Positions 55,083 through 63,536 of a stretch of DNA of 64,000 nucleotides are shown here, one piece after another. The position numbers and the translations under genes are program-made. Each line of letters begins with the position of its first letter. Positions within the stretch are counted from its first letter, which is position 1. Source of the stretch: Candidatus Nitrosomirales archaeon. Its GTDB lineage: Archaea > Thermoproteota > Nitrososphaeria > Nitrososphaerales > UBA213. The DNA lies in the NCBI GenBank assembly GCA_049199595.1, contig JBMCYV010000011.1, positions 7,851 through 71,850 on the forward strand, in the 5' to 3' direction. The notes under the pieces were generated by a model. The model was not told where the DNA came from. It searched no databases and saw only the letters and a program-made list of their open reading frames with translations.

Positions 55083-56040
55083 CTGTGCTTATGCCCCTGC
55101 CAACATACTTGAGATAAACATCTTCCAGCGAAGGTTCTGACGTATTTATGGACATGATCTTGCAGCCGTTGTCTGCCAGATGCGACACAAGAAGCGGGAT
55201 CCTTGATTCATCGTCAAGAACAACCTTGATCTTCGTTATACTATTGCTGTTGCTGTCTATCGATGAAGCGATTATGCCACTCACATTTTCGAAGCTAAGC
55301 GAAGAACTGTTCTTTACCTCGATCCTTACAACAGTACTTTTCTCCATCGATGATTTCAGCGTTTGTGGTGTTTCGCATGCAACTATACTACCGTTGTAGA
55401 TTATTGCAATCTTGTCACAGATCTCTTCAGCCTCTGCCATATAGTGAGTTGTGAGCAAGACTGCCCTTGACTTGTCGCTTCTTACCCAGTCCTTGACATA
55501 ATTGCGTATGTGCTTGGCGTTGATAATATCCAATCCTAGTGTTGGTTCATCAAGAAAGAGAACCTTTGGATCGTTTATGAATCCCCTTGCCAAGTTCAGC
55601 CTTTGTTTGAAACCAGTTGATAACTTGTGCATTCGAGTTTCAACGTATTCCTCAAGCTCCATATCTTTGATGAGTTGCTGGACACGCTCCTTCGCCAATT
55701 TATTTGACAAACCATATAGTTGCGAAAAGAACCAGAGATTTTCTCTTACAGTTAAGATTCCATAGCCAGGGGTTTCGCCTCCACTGACAAGGTTGATGAT
55801 CTTTCGAATCTGCTTTGCCTGTTTGGTTACATCAAAACCATAGACGCTTGCCTTTCCTTCCGATGGCAACAGGAGTGTTGCTAAGATCTTCACAAAAGTT
55901 GTCTTACCTGCACCATTTGCTCCTAGAAGACCTAGTATCTCACCGTAGTTTATGTTTAGATCAACGTTCTTTAGTGCAACGATCGGCTTGCCCTTGGCCT
56001 TGAATGTTCTAGATAATGAATTTGTCTCTACTGCGTACAT
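55066..56040 (-). CDS. ABC transporter ATP-binding protein (ABC-2/DrrA-like exporter)
   Basis: Walker A GANGAGKTT, signature LSTGFKQRL, Walker B VLFLDEPTLGLD, H-loop TTHYM. Has a C-terminal extension domain. Confidence 0.9.
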   Translation of the reverse strand: MYAVETNSLSRTFKAKGKPIVALKNVDLNINYGEILGLLGANGAGKTTFVKILATLLLPSEGKASVYGFDVTKQAKQIRKIINLVSGGETPGYGILTVRENLWFFSQLYGLSNKLAKERVQQLIKDMELEEYVETRMHKLSTGFKQRLNLARGFINDPKVLFLDEPTLGLDIINAKHIRNYVKDWVRSDKSRAVLLTTHYMAEAEEICDKIAIIYNGSIVACETPQTLKSSMEKSTVVRIEVKNSSSLSFENVSGIIASSIDSNSNSITKIKVVLDDESRIPLLVSHLADNGCKIMSINTSEPSLEDVYLKYVGRGISTDGYSK

Positions 56041-56085
56041 AATTGATCACAATTACAACTGAAGTTTATGCGTTTTCCTATATAT

Positions 56086-56532
56086 CTACTTGGCTATCTG
56101 CAAAGACTTTGATGGAAACAATTGTTGCTGTTCATCTTCGGCAAGACCATCAAACTCCAACCAGATCTCGCCACCTGCACCAAACCTTTTAGCCAACTGC
56201 GTTGCAAGATCTGCAATGAATTTATTGTCAAGAGCTATTTTTGCACCAGATAGAAAAGTTCTTGGACTTTTCTTGATTATGTTACCGCCTAACATGTTCT
56301 TCAGAAAATCGTCAAGTGCTGTAACGATCTCCTCGTTGCATTCTACGGCATACATCGCTATGCCGTTTATCGGTTCTTTATCATATGGAACTCCCATCTT
56401 GAACCAAAATACGCTGAAGTATGATTCTTCTGAAAAACCACACCTAATCTCCCAATGAACTAACTTTTCGACCGGATAAGTTGTATCACTGACTTCCTTC
56501 GGAGTAAGATGCCAATAAAGCATTCTAGCCAT
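56086..56532 (-). CDS. hypothetical cytoplasmic protein
   Basis: 148-aa ORF lying between the metzincin gene and the ABC operon. No motif recognised. Confidence 0.5.
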   Translation of the reverse strand: MARMLYWHLTPKEVSDTTYPVEKLVHWEIRCGFSEESYFSVFWFKMGVPYDKEPINGIAMYAVECNEEIVTALDDFLKNMLGGNIIKKSPRTFLSGAKIALDNKFIADLATQLAKRFGAGGEIWLEFDGLAEDEQQQLFPSKSLQIAK

Positions 56533-56591
56533 ACAGCATAATGCTTTTTCCAGCTCTTAATATACGTAGTCTCAAATTTCGATCTTTTCAT

Positions 56592-58862
56592 CTATTCAGT
56601 AACTGTGATAGTTGTACTTTTCACCGGTGCGAGTGGAGCAGGATTAGTGATATTCTGCCAAGCAAACACTTCGATCTGCAATTCTCCAACGATATCAGGG
56701 CTCCAGAATACAGACGGTTCTACAACCTCGTCAGGCTTGACGTTAATATCGTCTAACCATGTCAGATACAACGTAATGTCGTTACTGTCTTTGATCTGGA
56801 TAAGGTACGTGAATGTTACATCATCGTCCAAATTCGATGTCATTTCTGTCTTGATTCCTACCTTTTCTCCTACTTTCACACTTATCAGCTGGTTATCTGA
56901 CTCATCGACAAAGAACGGTTCTGATGCAGCCATGCTACGCTCACCATAGAAAAACGGCGATGTGTCGATCAAGCTAGAAGCCTCCTTCAATAATATCTCA
57001 GAATCTGTCAGTGCTTTTAATGCAAAATCGAAGGCATCATCCATTGGATCCATTATGTTTGCCGTACTTTCGAAAGATGTATGATTGAAATAGTTCATGT
57101 TAATGAAATGCTCGATTGATGTTTGTACATTTAGGTCTATACCAGATAATGTTGATTTTACATTGTCAGGCAGATTGCTGTTTCTGTAGCCCTTGCTTTC
57201 CAGCAAGATCGTTGAATTATAGACGTTATGCTGCATCTGATTGAGCATGCTGAGTATTATTGCTCTATCCATAGCATCGTGATCAAACTGACCGAACTCT
57301 GAAATCACGATGCCACAGGGTTCGTTTGGTATTCCGCATCCCAAACCAGTAGGAGAAGCATAAGTCATAGGAGAATATGACCAATCAAAGAACCAGTTGT
57401 TGAATTCGCCCTTTAGCTCGTCGTGACCATCATGCGGATGCCTTAGCCCTAGAACGTGACCCATTTCATGAATCGCAAGTGTCGATAACCCGGTACCAAT
57501 ATCAGACAATACGTGTTTATCGACGGCAACAATGGCACAGCATGGAACTGTTTCATCATTAGGGTCTGGGGCAGCTGTGCCCACGACAGGAACTTTGTCA
57601 ACATATGCGTCTGTATCAAAAACAAAGATCACGATGGGAACAAAGACGGTTTTTGCAGCTTCTTCTTGTGCAAGCTGAAGCTGTTCTTCAGTCAGTGCTT
57701 TTGATACCCATTTGTTAAGTTCAGTTATGAGATTTTCACTTTTCACCACAACAACATCGCCTACTTGAACTTCCTTGAAAGATAATGACCTGAGAATCGC
57801 ATGTTGTAAATCTCTAGGAAGAGCATCAAAGCTCTGGCCAGTAATATCACTAGACCATTCAGCATACGGGATCAGCTCTGTCAAGGCTCGATTCATTGCA
57901 GATCTATCAATGAACTTGCCAGCAACATCATGAAATGCTCTGCCAGAAGTCATGTCGATCAAAAGTGCATCAATCCTGAAGTTCGACTTGTAAATTGGTG
58001 AGTAGAGATAGCTTGGGGTGAATAGTAGCATTATTGCATCGTTCACATAGTCTGCAATGAAGTTGTAATAATCTTCAGCTTTCTTTACTTCATATAGGTT
58101 TTTGTGGAACTGTGCGATCACCTGAGTTTCTGATACAGGGACATATGGATAGAGCCATGGCCCCGCAGTTAGATCGATAAAATAGAATCTGTGGATACCA
58201 CCAAAACCCATCATACCTTCCTGAATGAAATCTATCTCCGTATCAGGGTCCGTTGTAATGCTACCATATGTATGGAAATAATTAATTTGTTCATTGGAAG
58301 GCTTCAGGAAGTATATTGTGTATCCTTCGTCTAGTTCAAGATTATCAAGGAGCCAGTCTTCTACTTGAAATACGTCGATCATCTTATACTTCTTCTTATC
58401 TATGGTTACAAATTCAGGACCCCAAAATTCTATGTCCTTGCTAGCAACCCACTGTTTGATCACTTCGGGAGTGGTGTTTTCCACTGCAATACCATTAATG
58501 AATTTGAACAGCTTATCTGCTGTCTGCTCTGATACACTAACAAAATCATATGCATAGTTATACTTCACACCTGCCGCTCTGTCTTCAAAGAATATTGTAG
58601 GGGTATAGTTTTTCAGCAATTTATTAGCAATACCTTCCTTATCTGCGTCAGACCATGTATCGCCTATCATAACCAAGTTGATCTGCATTTCTGTGTCTAT
58701 GATCACGTCCTTCGGCTCTCTTTCTGACGATAACGCAGCGTCTACGTTTGAGAAATTTGCGTTTGCTAGGGTAGAGAACAATAAAATGCCAAACAACAAA
58801 GAAACCAAGAATACTCTTTGCATTCTTAATGGGTTATCTAGGCACGAACTAATATTAACCAT
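56592..58862 (-). CDS. exported metzincin-type zinc protease carrying the shared C-terminal module
   Basis: 756 aa. Signal/anchor VFLVSLLFGILLFSTLANA. Extended zinc motif AIHEMGHVLGLRHPHDG (HExxHxxGxxH). The last 111 aa are copy 4 of the shared module. Confidence 0.8.
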   Translation of the reverse strand: MVNISSCLDNPLRMQRVFLVSLLFGILLFSTLANANFSNVDAALSSEREPKDVIIDTEMQINLVMIGDTWSDADKEGIANKLLKNYTPTIFFEDRAAGVKYNYAYDFVSVSEQTADKLFKFINGIAVENTTPEVIKQWVASKDIEFWGPEFVTIDKKKYKMIDVFQVEDWLLDNLELDEGYTIYFLKPSNEQINYFHTYGSITTDPDTEIDFIQEGMMGFGGIHRFYFIDLTAGPWLYPYVPVSETQVIAQFHKNLYEVKKAEDYYNFIADYVNDAIMLLFTPSYLYSPIYKSNFRIDALLIDMTSGRAFHDVAGKFIDRSAMNRALTELIPYAEWSSDITGQSFDALPRDLQHAILRSLSFKEVQVGDVVVVKSENLITELNKWVSKALTEEQLQLAQEEAAKTVFVPIVIFVFDTDAYVDKVPVVGTAAPDPNDETVPCCAIVAVDKHVLSDIGTGLSTLAIHEMGHVLGLRHPHDGHDELKGEFNNWFFDWSYSPMTYASPTGLGCGIPNEPCGIVISEFGQFDHDAMDRAIILSMLNQMQHNVYNSTILLESKGYRNSNLPDNVKSTLSGIDLNVQTSIEHFINMNYFNHTSFESTANIMDPMDDAFDFALKALTDSEILLKEASSLIDTSPFFYGERSMAASEPFFVDESDNQLISVKVGEKVGIKTEMTSNLDDDVTFTYLIQIKDSNDITLYLTWLDDINVKPDEVVEPSVFWSPDIVGELQIEVFAWQNITNPAPLAPVKSTTITVTE
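56595..56927 (-). other. shared ~110-aa module, copy 4 (C-terminus of the metzincin)
   Basis: ASEPFFVDESDNQLISVKVGEKVGIKTEMTSNLDDDVTFTYLIQIKDSNDITLYLTWLDDINVKPDEVVEPSVFWSPDIVGELQIEVFAWQNITNPAPLAPVKSTTITVTE. Confidence 0.65.
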
Positions 58863-58876
58863 CCTAGATCCTCAAC

Positions 58877-59143
58877 TTACTTTTGCGTATTATCGGATTT
58901 TGCCAGCATCTCAAGTTTCTTTCTGTACATACTATCTATGTTAGATTCAAGATCAAGTCCGTACTTTTGTGCGATGAAATGCAGGAGTGCTACTGATTCC
59001 GTGATCTCGACCTTGGCGTGTTCTGTATTGTTCCTTTCGAGAGCGAATGCTATCTCGCCTATCTCTCTGACCAGGTGTACGAATGCTTTAGTTACATCAC
59101 TGCCAAACTTCTTTTCGTAATATTCTATAGCTACTTTGCTCAT
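58877..59143 (-). CDS. MazG-like nucleotide pyrophosphohydrolase domain protein
   Basis: 88 aa. FVHLVREIGEIAFALERNN...ITESVALLHFIAQKYGLDLESNIDSMYRKK fits the small all-alpha MazG/NTP-PPase pattern (E..E pairs). Confidence 0.65.
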   Translation of the reverse strand: MSKVAIEYYEKKFGSDVTKAFVHLVREIGEIAFALERNNTEHAKVEITESVALLHFIAQKYGLDLESNIDSMYRKKLEMLAKSDNTQK

Positions 59144-59250
59144 ATACGCAGCAAATGATTATACAGTATAAAACCCTAGCGGGAGCGATAAACAAATATT
59201 AGCATGTTCTCGAAATTGCACCTGTGAAATATACAAAGTCAGGAGAACGC

Positions 59251-59715
59251 ATGTCTATACTGCAGCAAATGGAGAAGGAGTTTGATGACAAGAATGTTCC
59301 ATATTTTCGAAAGCTTCTAAAACATGATGATTACGTAATAAGGACAAGATCTGTATGCATTCTTGCTGATATTGCTGGCGAGGATGCTGTTGACGATATA
59401 AACGACGTTTTGCTTAATGATCCTGACGGATTGGTTAGACATGAGGCTGCATTTTCGTTGGGACAGATGGGATTTCGTAGTGCCGTGCCTGCTCTTGGTA
59501 AGGCAGTGAAGAATGATGAAAATCCGTTCGTTAGACATGAAGCTGCTGTAGCGTTAGGTGTTATAGGATCGCAGGACGCTAGGAATATACTGGATGAAGC
59601 CTTGAACGACAAAAGCGAGGAAGTTAGAGAATCTGCGGTTATCGCGTTAAGCAACCTTGATTTCGTATCGAAAAGTGATAATATGTCTAGGTTTGCAAAG
59701 ATGACCGGAGGCTAA
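59251..59715 (+). CDS. four-HEAT-repeat protein with two deoxyhypusine-hydroxylase-like HE motifs
   Basis: I trimmed the track ORF 59224..59715 to ATG 59251, which is preceded by AGGAG. Repeats: IRTRSVCILADIAG / LVRHEAAFSLGQMG / FVRHEAAVALGVIG / EVRESAVIALSNL. Confidence 0.8.
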   Translation: MSILQQMEKEFDDKNVPYFRKLLKHDDYVIRTRSVCILADIAGEDAVDDINDVLLNDPDGLVRHEAAFSLGQMGFRSAVPALGKAVKNDENPFVRHEAAVALGVIGSQDARNILDEALNDKSEEVRESAVIALSNLDFVSKSDNMSRFAKMTGG

Positions 59716-59850
59716 CGCGTATCTACCACGAGTGAAAGATTTTAATTTCAGGTTCAAAGAAGAGTTCTAGGGGGTCAGAACGTATGCGCTCCGCTCATCG
59801 CTCTCGCAATAAGGGCTCGCAATAACAGGCTTTCATTATCCCCCTTCTAA

Positions 59851-60207
59851 TTATCTTCTGTAATTACGCACATCACTTGCATGCAGAATTACAATCAATT
59901 GGCCGAGTATTTCCTTCAGAATTACACCCTCGTTGGTGATGGTCAGACCGCCGTTGACAACTTTCAAGAAACGCTTCTTCGATAGTTCGGTTATACGCTT
60001 CAATGCCTGATAATAATCGAATCCTAACATTCTTGATATCTGATACACCTTCAGCTTTGGACTCATCGCCACACATTGCAAGATGCAGTAGGTCTGAACA
60101 TACGAGGGTCTGCGTCCCATGTTGTATGCAATACCTAAAGGGTCTGGGTTTCTGGCCTTAATCTCTCTCACGTGTATATTATCTACCCGTGTTATATTAT
60201 CTACCAT
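59851..60207 (-). CDS. small winged-helix DNA-binding protein
   Basis: 118 aa. YVQTYCILQCVAMSPKLKVYQISRMLGFDYYQALKRITELSKKRFLKVVNGGLTITNEGVILKEIL has the same layout as the other two small wHTH proteins. A TATA-like TTAATTAATAA lies ~25 nt upstream of the ATG. Confidence 0.6.
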   Translation of the reverse strand: MVDNITRVDNIHVREIKARNPDPLGIAYNMGRRPSYVQTYCILQCVAMSPKLKVYQISRMLGFDYYQALKRITELSKKRFLKVVNGGLTITNEGVILKEILGQLIVILHASDVRNYRR

Positions 60208-60292
60208 TAATTAATAATTATTTACAGTTATTAATTAAGTTTTTGGCTATAATATGTACTAGGAAATAATAAGTATGAAGGCTATACTAAAT

Positions 60293-62398
60293 CTAGAGCC
60301 GTCTAATGCTTGTCCCTTCGGGAGTCATGGTGAACTTGTATACCGAATCGATCTCAGCATCATCGAATATTTCAGAATCATGTGTTATGATTATTATCTG
60401 TGACAATGGACCTAGCCCCGCTCTGAAGGCTTCACTGATTATTCTTACCAACGAACGCCGCCGCTCTTCATCAAGGTGTGTTGTTGGCTCATCAAGAATT
60501 ATGAAGTCCAGCTTACCGCGTCCCATAACGTATGCCATACCCAGCCTTAATGCTAATGCAATGGCAACTTTCTCTCCTCCACTTAGTGATTCCATATCTA
60601 TCGCTCCGCGCGGTCCGTAGCAGGTTACCAAAACATCTCTGGTCTTTTCCGCAAGTTCGATCCTTAATACATTGAGCCCGAACATTGCGATATATTCAGA
60701 CGCTTTTTGCGAGATCATTGTTAGTGCCCATGATCGCAGACTCATCGCAACAGAACCGTCCCTGTTATACACTCCCTTCCTTATCTTTTCCAATAGATTC
60801 ATGTATGCATGCGCATTCTCAAGTTCCTGCAACGTTCTTGTTAGTTCTTCAATCTCCCCTTTTGCCTGCTTGTTTGTTTCAGCAAACCTGCCTATCTCTC
60901 TTTCAAGCAGAGGTCTTTCGGTATTAACCAGTTCATCATACCTTGATTGCTGATGGTTATACTCTTTCTGATCAAAGGCAATAATCTCCTTCCTTAAACT
61001 AATAATCTTGTCTGCTAATCCACCTGAATAATCATCTACCGCTAACAGTTTTGGATCCGTAATGCTCTCGGTCTCTGTCTGCAGGTGTTGTAACTCATTT
61101 CTTATTCTCCCTGCTTCTTCCTCCTTTTTAGCTATATCGTCATGATTCTGTATACCGATAGCAGTTAAAAACTGCGTTGCGGCCCTCGCAGATGTTTCAA
61201 TGTCGACCAATCTGCTTTCTTCACCTTTGAGCTTTTTCAGATCGGTTTTCTGTTTCTTTGCATCTTCCTTGATCCTAGCAAGATCTTTTCGTATATGTTC
61301 TGCATCAAGAAGTTTAGTTCTCTTTGAATCATCTACAGCAGAACCACAAACTGGGCATTTTCCATCAATAGGTTGCAAATATTTATCGGCACACTCGAGC
61401 AGACCCTCCAGTCTTCCAACATCATTATCCTTCTTCTGTGCGTCGCTCTCAAGATTATCGATCTTTCCTCTAATCTCATCAATGTTAGTTCCTATCTCTG
61501 AGGCCTTTGCGGCATGCTGTATATTTCTGACAGCGTCTTTGATCAGCTGCTCTAGTTGTTGTAATTCCTTCTTTCTTTCGTTAGTCTTTTGCTTGATATA
61601 TCTTAACAAGAGGTCTTCATTTTGTTTGAGATCCTGTACCCTTCTACTTAGTGGTTCGAGGACATCTAGTTTCTGCTTGATCTTCCTCTCCTCTTCCCTG
61701 AGTGTCTTTAGCTGTAAATTCAGGCTTTCAAGTTGTTTCGACGATTCTTCTAAGGTGTCTTTCTCTTCGGCGATCTTCTGCTTCACATTTGCTAGATCCT
61801 GATCATCATAACCTGTTCTCTGTTTAAGCAAAGACCTGAATGAATCTATAACATCTCTCATATTCTCAAATGCCTTGTCGAGCCTGTCTATTCCTATTAG
61901 AGTGTTAATCAGCTCCTTGAACTCGCTTGGTCTACTTTTCAGTATTGCATCTAACTCTCCTTGCTGAACAACTGCAGCTACTCTAAGTTTATCATAATCG
62001 AGACCAACAATGTTGCTAACTTCCTCGCTCATTGCTTCTCCCATCTGCTTTCTCTCGCCCTGTGCAATGGTTACAAGACCCGTATCAGTGATCTGTTCAA
62101 GCTTTGCAGCACTTAGCGGTCCTCTTGCGTCAATGCTTCTTGTTACTTGATATTTTTTGGAATCTATTCTGAAATTCAGCTGAACCATTGAGCTTGTTGA
62201 ACCTCGTCTGATCAAATTCCTGTTATGCCCTCTAGTATGCTGTCCGTAAAGAGCAAATGTTATGCCATCTATAACGCTCGATTTGCCAGAACCATTTTTA
62301 CCGATAAATATAGTAACACCCTGATCGAACTTGAGTGTTGTGCTTTTGTGGGAGACGAAGTTATCCAACTGAAGTTTCTCTAACAACTCCATCACCAT
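60293..62398 (-). CDS. rad50: Rad50 ATPase (DNA double-strand break repair)
   Basis: 701 aa. Walker A GKNGSGKSS, long coiled coil with zinc hook CPVC, signature SLSGGEKVAIALALRLG, Walker B DFIILDEPTTHLD. Overlaps the mre11 3' end by 38 nt. Confidence 0.9.
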   Translation of the reverse strand: MVMELLEKLQLDNFVSHKSTTLKFDQGVTIFIGKNGSGKSSVIDGITFALYGQHTRGHNRNLIRRGSTSSMVQLNFRIDSKKYQVTRSIDARGPLSAAKLEQITDTGLVTIAQGERKQMGEAMSEEVSNIVGLDYDKLRVAAVVQQGELDAILKSRPSEFKELINTLIGIDRLDKAFENMRDVIDSFRSLLKQRTGYDDQDLANVKQKIAEEKDTLEESSKQLESLNLQLKTLREEERKIKQKLDVLEPLSRRVQDLKQNEDLLLRYIKQKTNERKKELQQLEQLIKDAVRNIQHAAKASEIGTNIDEIRGKIDNLESDAQKKDNDVGRLEGLLECADKYLQPIDGKCPVCGSAVDDSKRTKLLDAEHIRKDLARIKEDAKKQKTDLKKLKGEESRLVDIETSARAATQFLTAIGIQNHDDIAKKEEEAGRIRNELQHLQTETESITDPKLLAVDDYSGGLADKIISLRKEIIAFDQKEYNHQQSRYDELVNTERPLLEREIGRFAETNKQAKGEIEELTRTLQELENAHAYMNLLEKIRKGVYNRDGSVAMSLRSWALTMISQKASEYIAMFGLNVLRIELAEKTRDVLVTCYGPRGAIDMESLSGGEKVAIALALRLGMAYVMGRGKLDFIILDEPTTHLDEERRRSLVRIISEAFRAGLGPLSQIIIITHDSEIFDDAEIDSVYKFTMTPEGTSIRRL

Positions 62399-63536
62399 TA
62401 AGCAGTTTCAAAGATTTTTCATAGTTTTGCCATGTCATGCTGAATGCTTCGTCAGTATTTCCCGATTCCAAGAGCGGCAACAGTTCCTTGATCGCAAATC
62501 TTGCTAGCTCTTCATTACCCAGTTCTTTCTTGGCAAGTTCAAACAGTTCAATATCTATATCACCAGGCCTTCCTTCCAAGACCGTATAGGATAACGATTC
62601 GTCAATTATATCCCATCTATAATGCAGGACAATATTCGCTAACCTTGACAGCATATACGCAACGTTCTTGGAGTCAATATCTTTCCCACTCACCCTTACA
62701 TGAACAACTGGTTTCTTTGGCAAAGTGCTAACCTTCCTTGCAAGTTCGTCTAATTTTGCACTCAATTCATCGTATTTTGCTGATATTCCGATCTGGGGTC
62801 TGATATCCAGCTTATGCCAGTGCGTCTTTGGCTCCTTTGCAGACAGATCAACGATGTAAAACCCTTTTTCAGTCTCCTTTGTGCCCTCAGAAGAAGTAGT
62901 TTCAATAGAACCTGGGTACGCCAGAGGTCCTCCTAATCGGTCAAACCTTTGTTCGTACCTGTCGTGATAATGTCCCATTGCATAATACGTGAAATTTTGG
63001 GGCAAGTCATTTGAGCTAATCTCTCCAGCATACCTGTTAAACTCGAGCAGACCCTGATGCAGAACCAGTATTCTATGTCCGTTGAATGTCTTGGCTTGTT
63101 CATCTGCGTCCTTCAATTTATGAAGAAGATCTTCTGTCTCGCTAGCCCTGAACTTGTCGAATCCCATAAACAATGTATCATTAAATGTATGCAACTTGCC
63201 ATTGCCGATATAGGTTGCAAATCCAAGATTGTGAAACGCGAACAGCACTGGTACACCTCTCACCCTGCTTACATCATGCTCCCCCAGAACAAAGAATACC
63301 CTGATATCCCGTTCCTTCAGCCTCTTGAGTTGGTCTCCTAGCTTCACGATCGCGCCGCCTGCTGGTTTTGGCGTATGAAAAATATCACCTGCAAGTATTA
63401 CTGCCTTAACACCTTCTTTGATCGATATGTCAATTGCCTGCGCAAATGCATCGTACACATCTTCCTCCCTCTCCTCCAGATTGAACTGCGAGTGTCCCAG
63501 ATGTGTATCAGAGAGATGAGCGATTAACATATACAA
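62361..63536 (-). CDS. mre11: Mre11 nuclease (calcineurin-like phosphoesterase)
   Basis: 391 aa. HLSDTHLG, LAGDIFH, GEHD and GHYH phosphoesterase motifs. Starts 1 nt after the herA stop. Confidence 0.9.
   Translation of the reverse strand: MYMLIAHLSDTHLGHSQFNLEEREEDVYDAFAQAIDISIKEGVKAVILAGDIFHTPKPAGGAIVKLGDQLKRLKERDIRVFFVLGEHDVSRVRGVPVLFAFHNLGFATYIGNGKLHTFNDTLFMGFDKFRASETEDLLHKLKDADEQAKTFNGHRILVLHQGLLEFNRYAGEISSNDLPQNFTYYAMGHYHDRYEQRFDRLGGPLAYPGSIETTSSEGTKETEKGFYIVDLSAKEPKTHWHKLDIRPQIGISAKYDELSAKLDELARKVSTLPKKPVVHVRVSGKDIDSKNVAYMLSRLANIVLHYRWDIIDESLSYTVLEGRPGDIDIELFELAKKELGNEELARFAIKELLPLLESGNTDEAFSMTWQNYEKSLKLLNGDGVVRETSVG

Noticed and set aside
59785-59825. Direct repeat CTCGCAATAA x2 (gctCTCGCAATAAgggCTCGCAATAAcagg) between two convergent genes
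   Set aside because: It is a single short duplication in a 3' intergenic region with no obvious function. It could be a terminator-region quirk.
60209-60240. Perfect 11-bp inverted repeat TTAATTAATAA / TTATTAATTAA upstream of the wHTH gene, and the near-identical CATTAATTAATAATTA at 51835-51850
   Set aside because: Both sit ~25 nt upstream of start codons and are best explained as this organism's TATA-box consensus, which is palindromic because it is pure A/T, rather than as a specific operator.
61200-61802. 200-aa + strand ORF rich in S, F, L and C
   Set aside because: It is the antisense shadow of the Rad50 coiled-coil (Lys/Glu-rich) region. The periodic low-complexity composition is an artefact of that.
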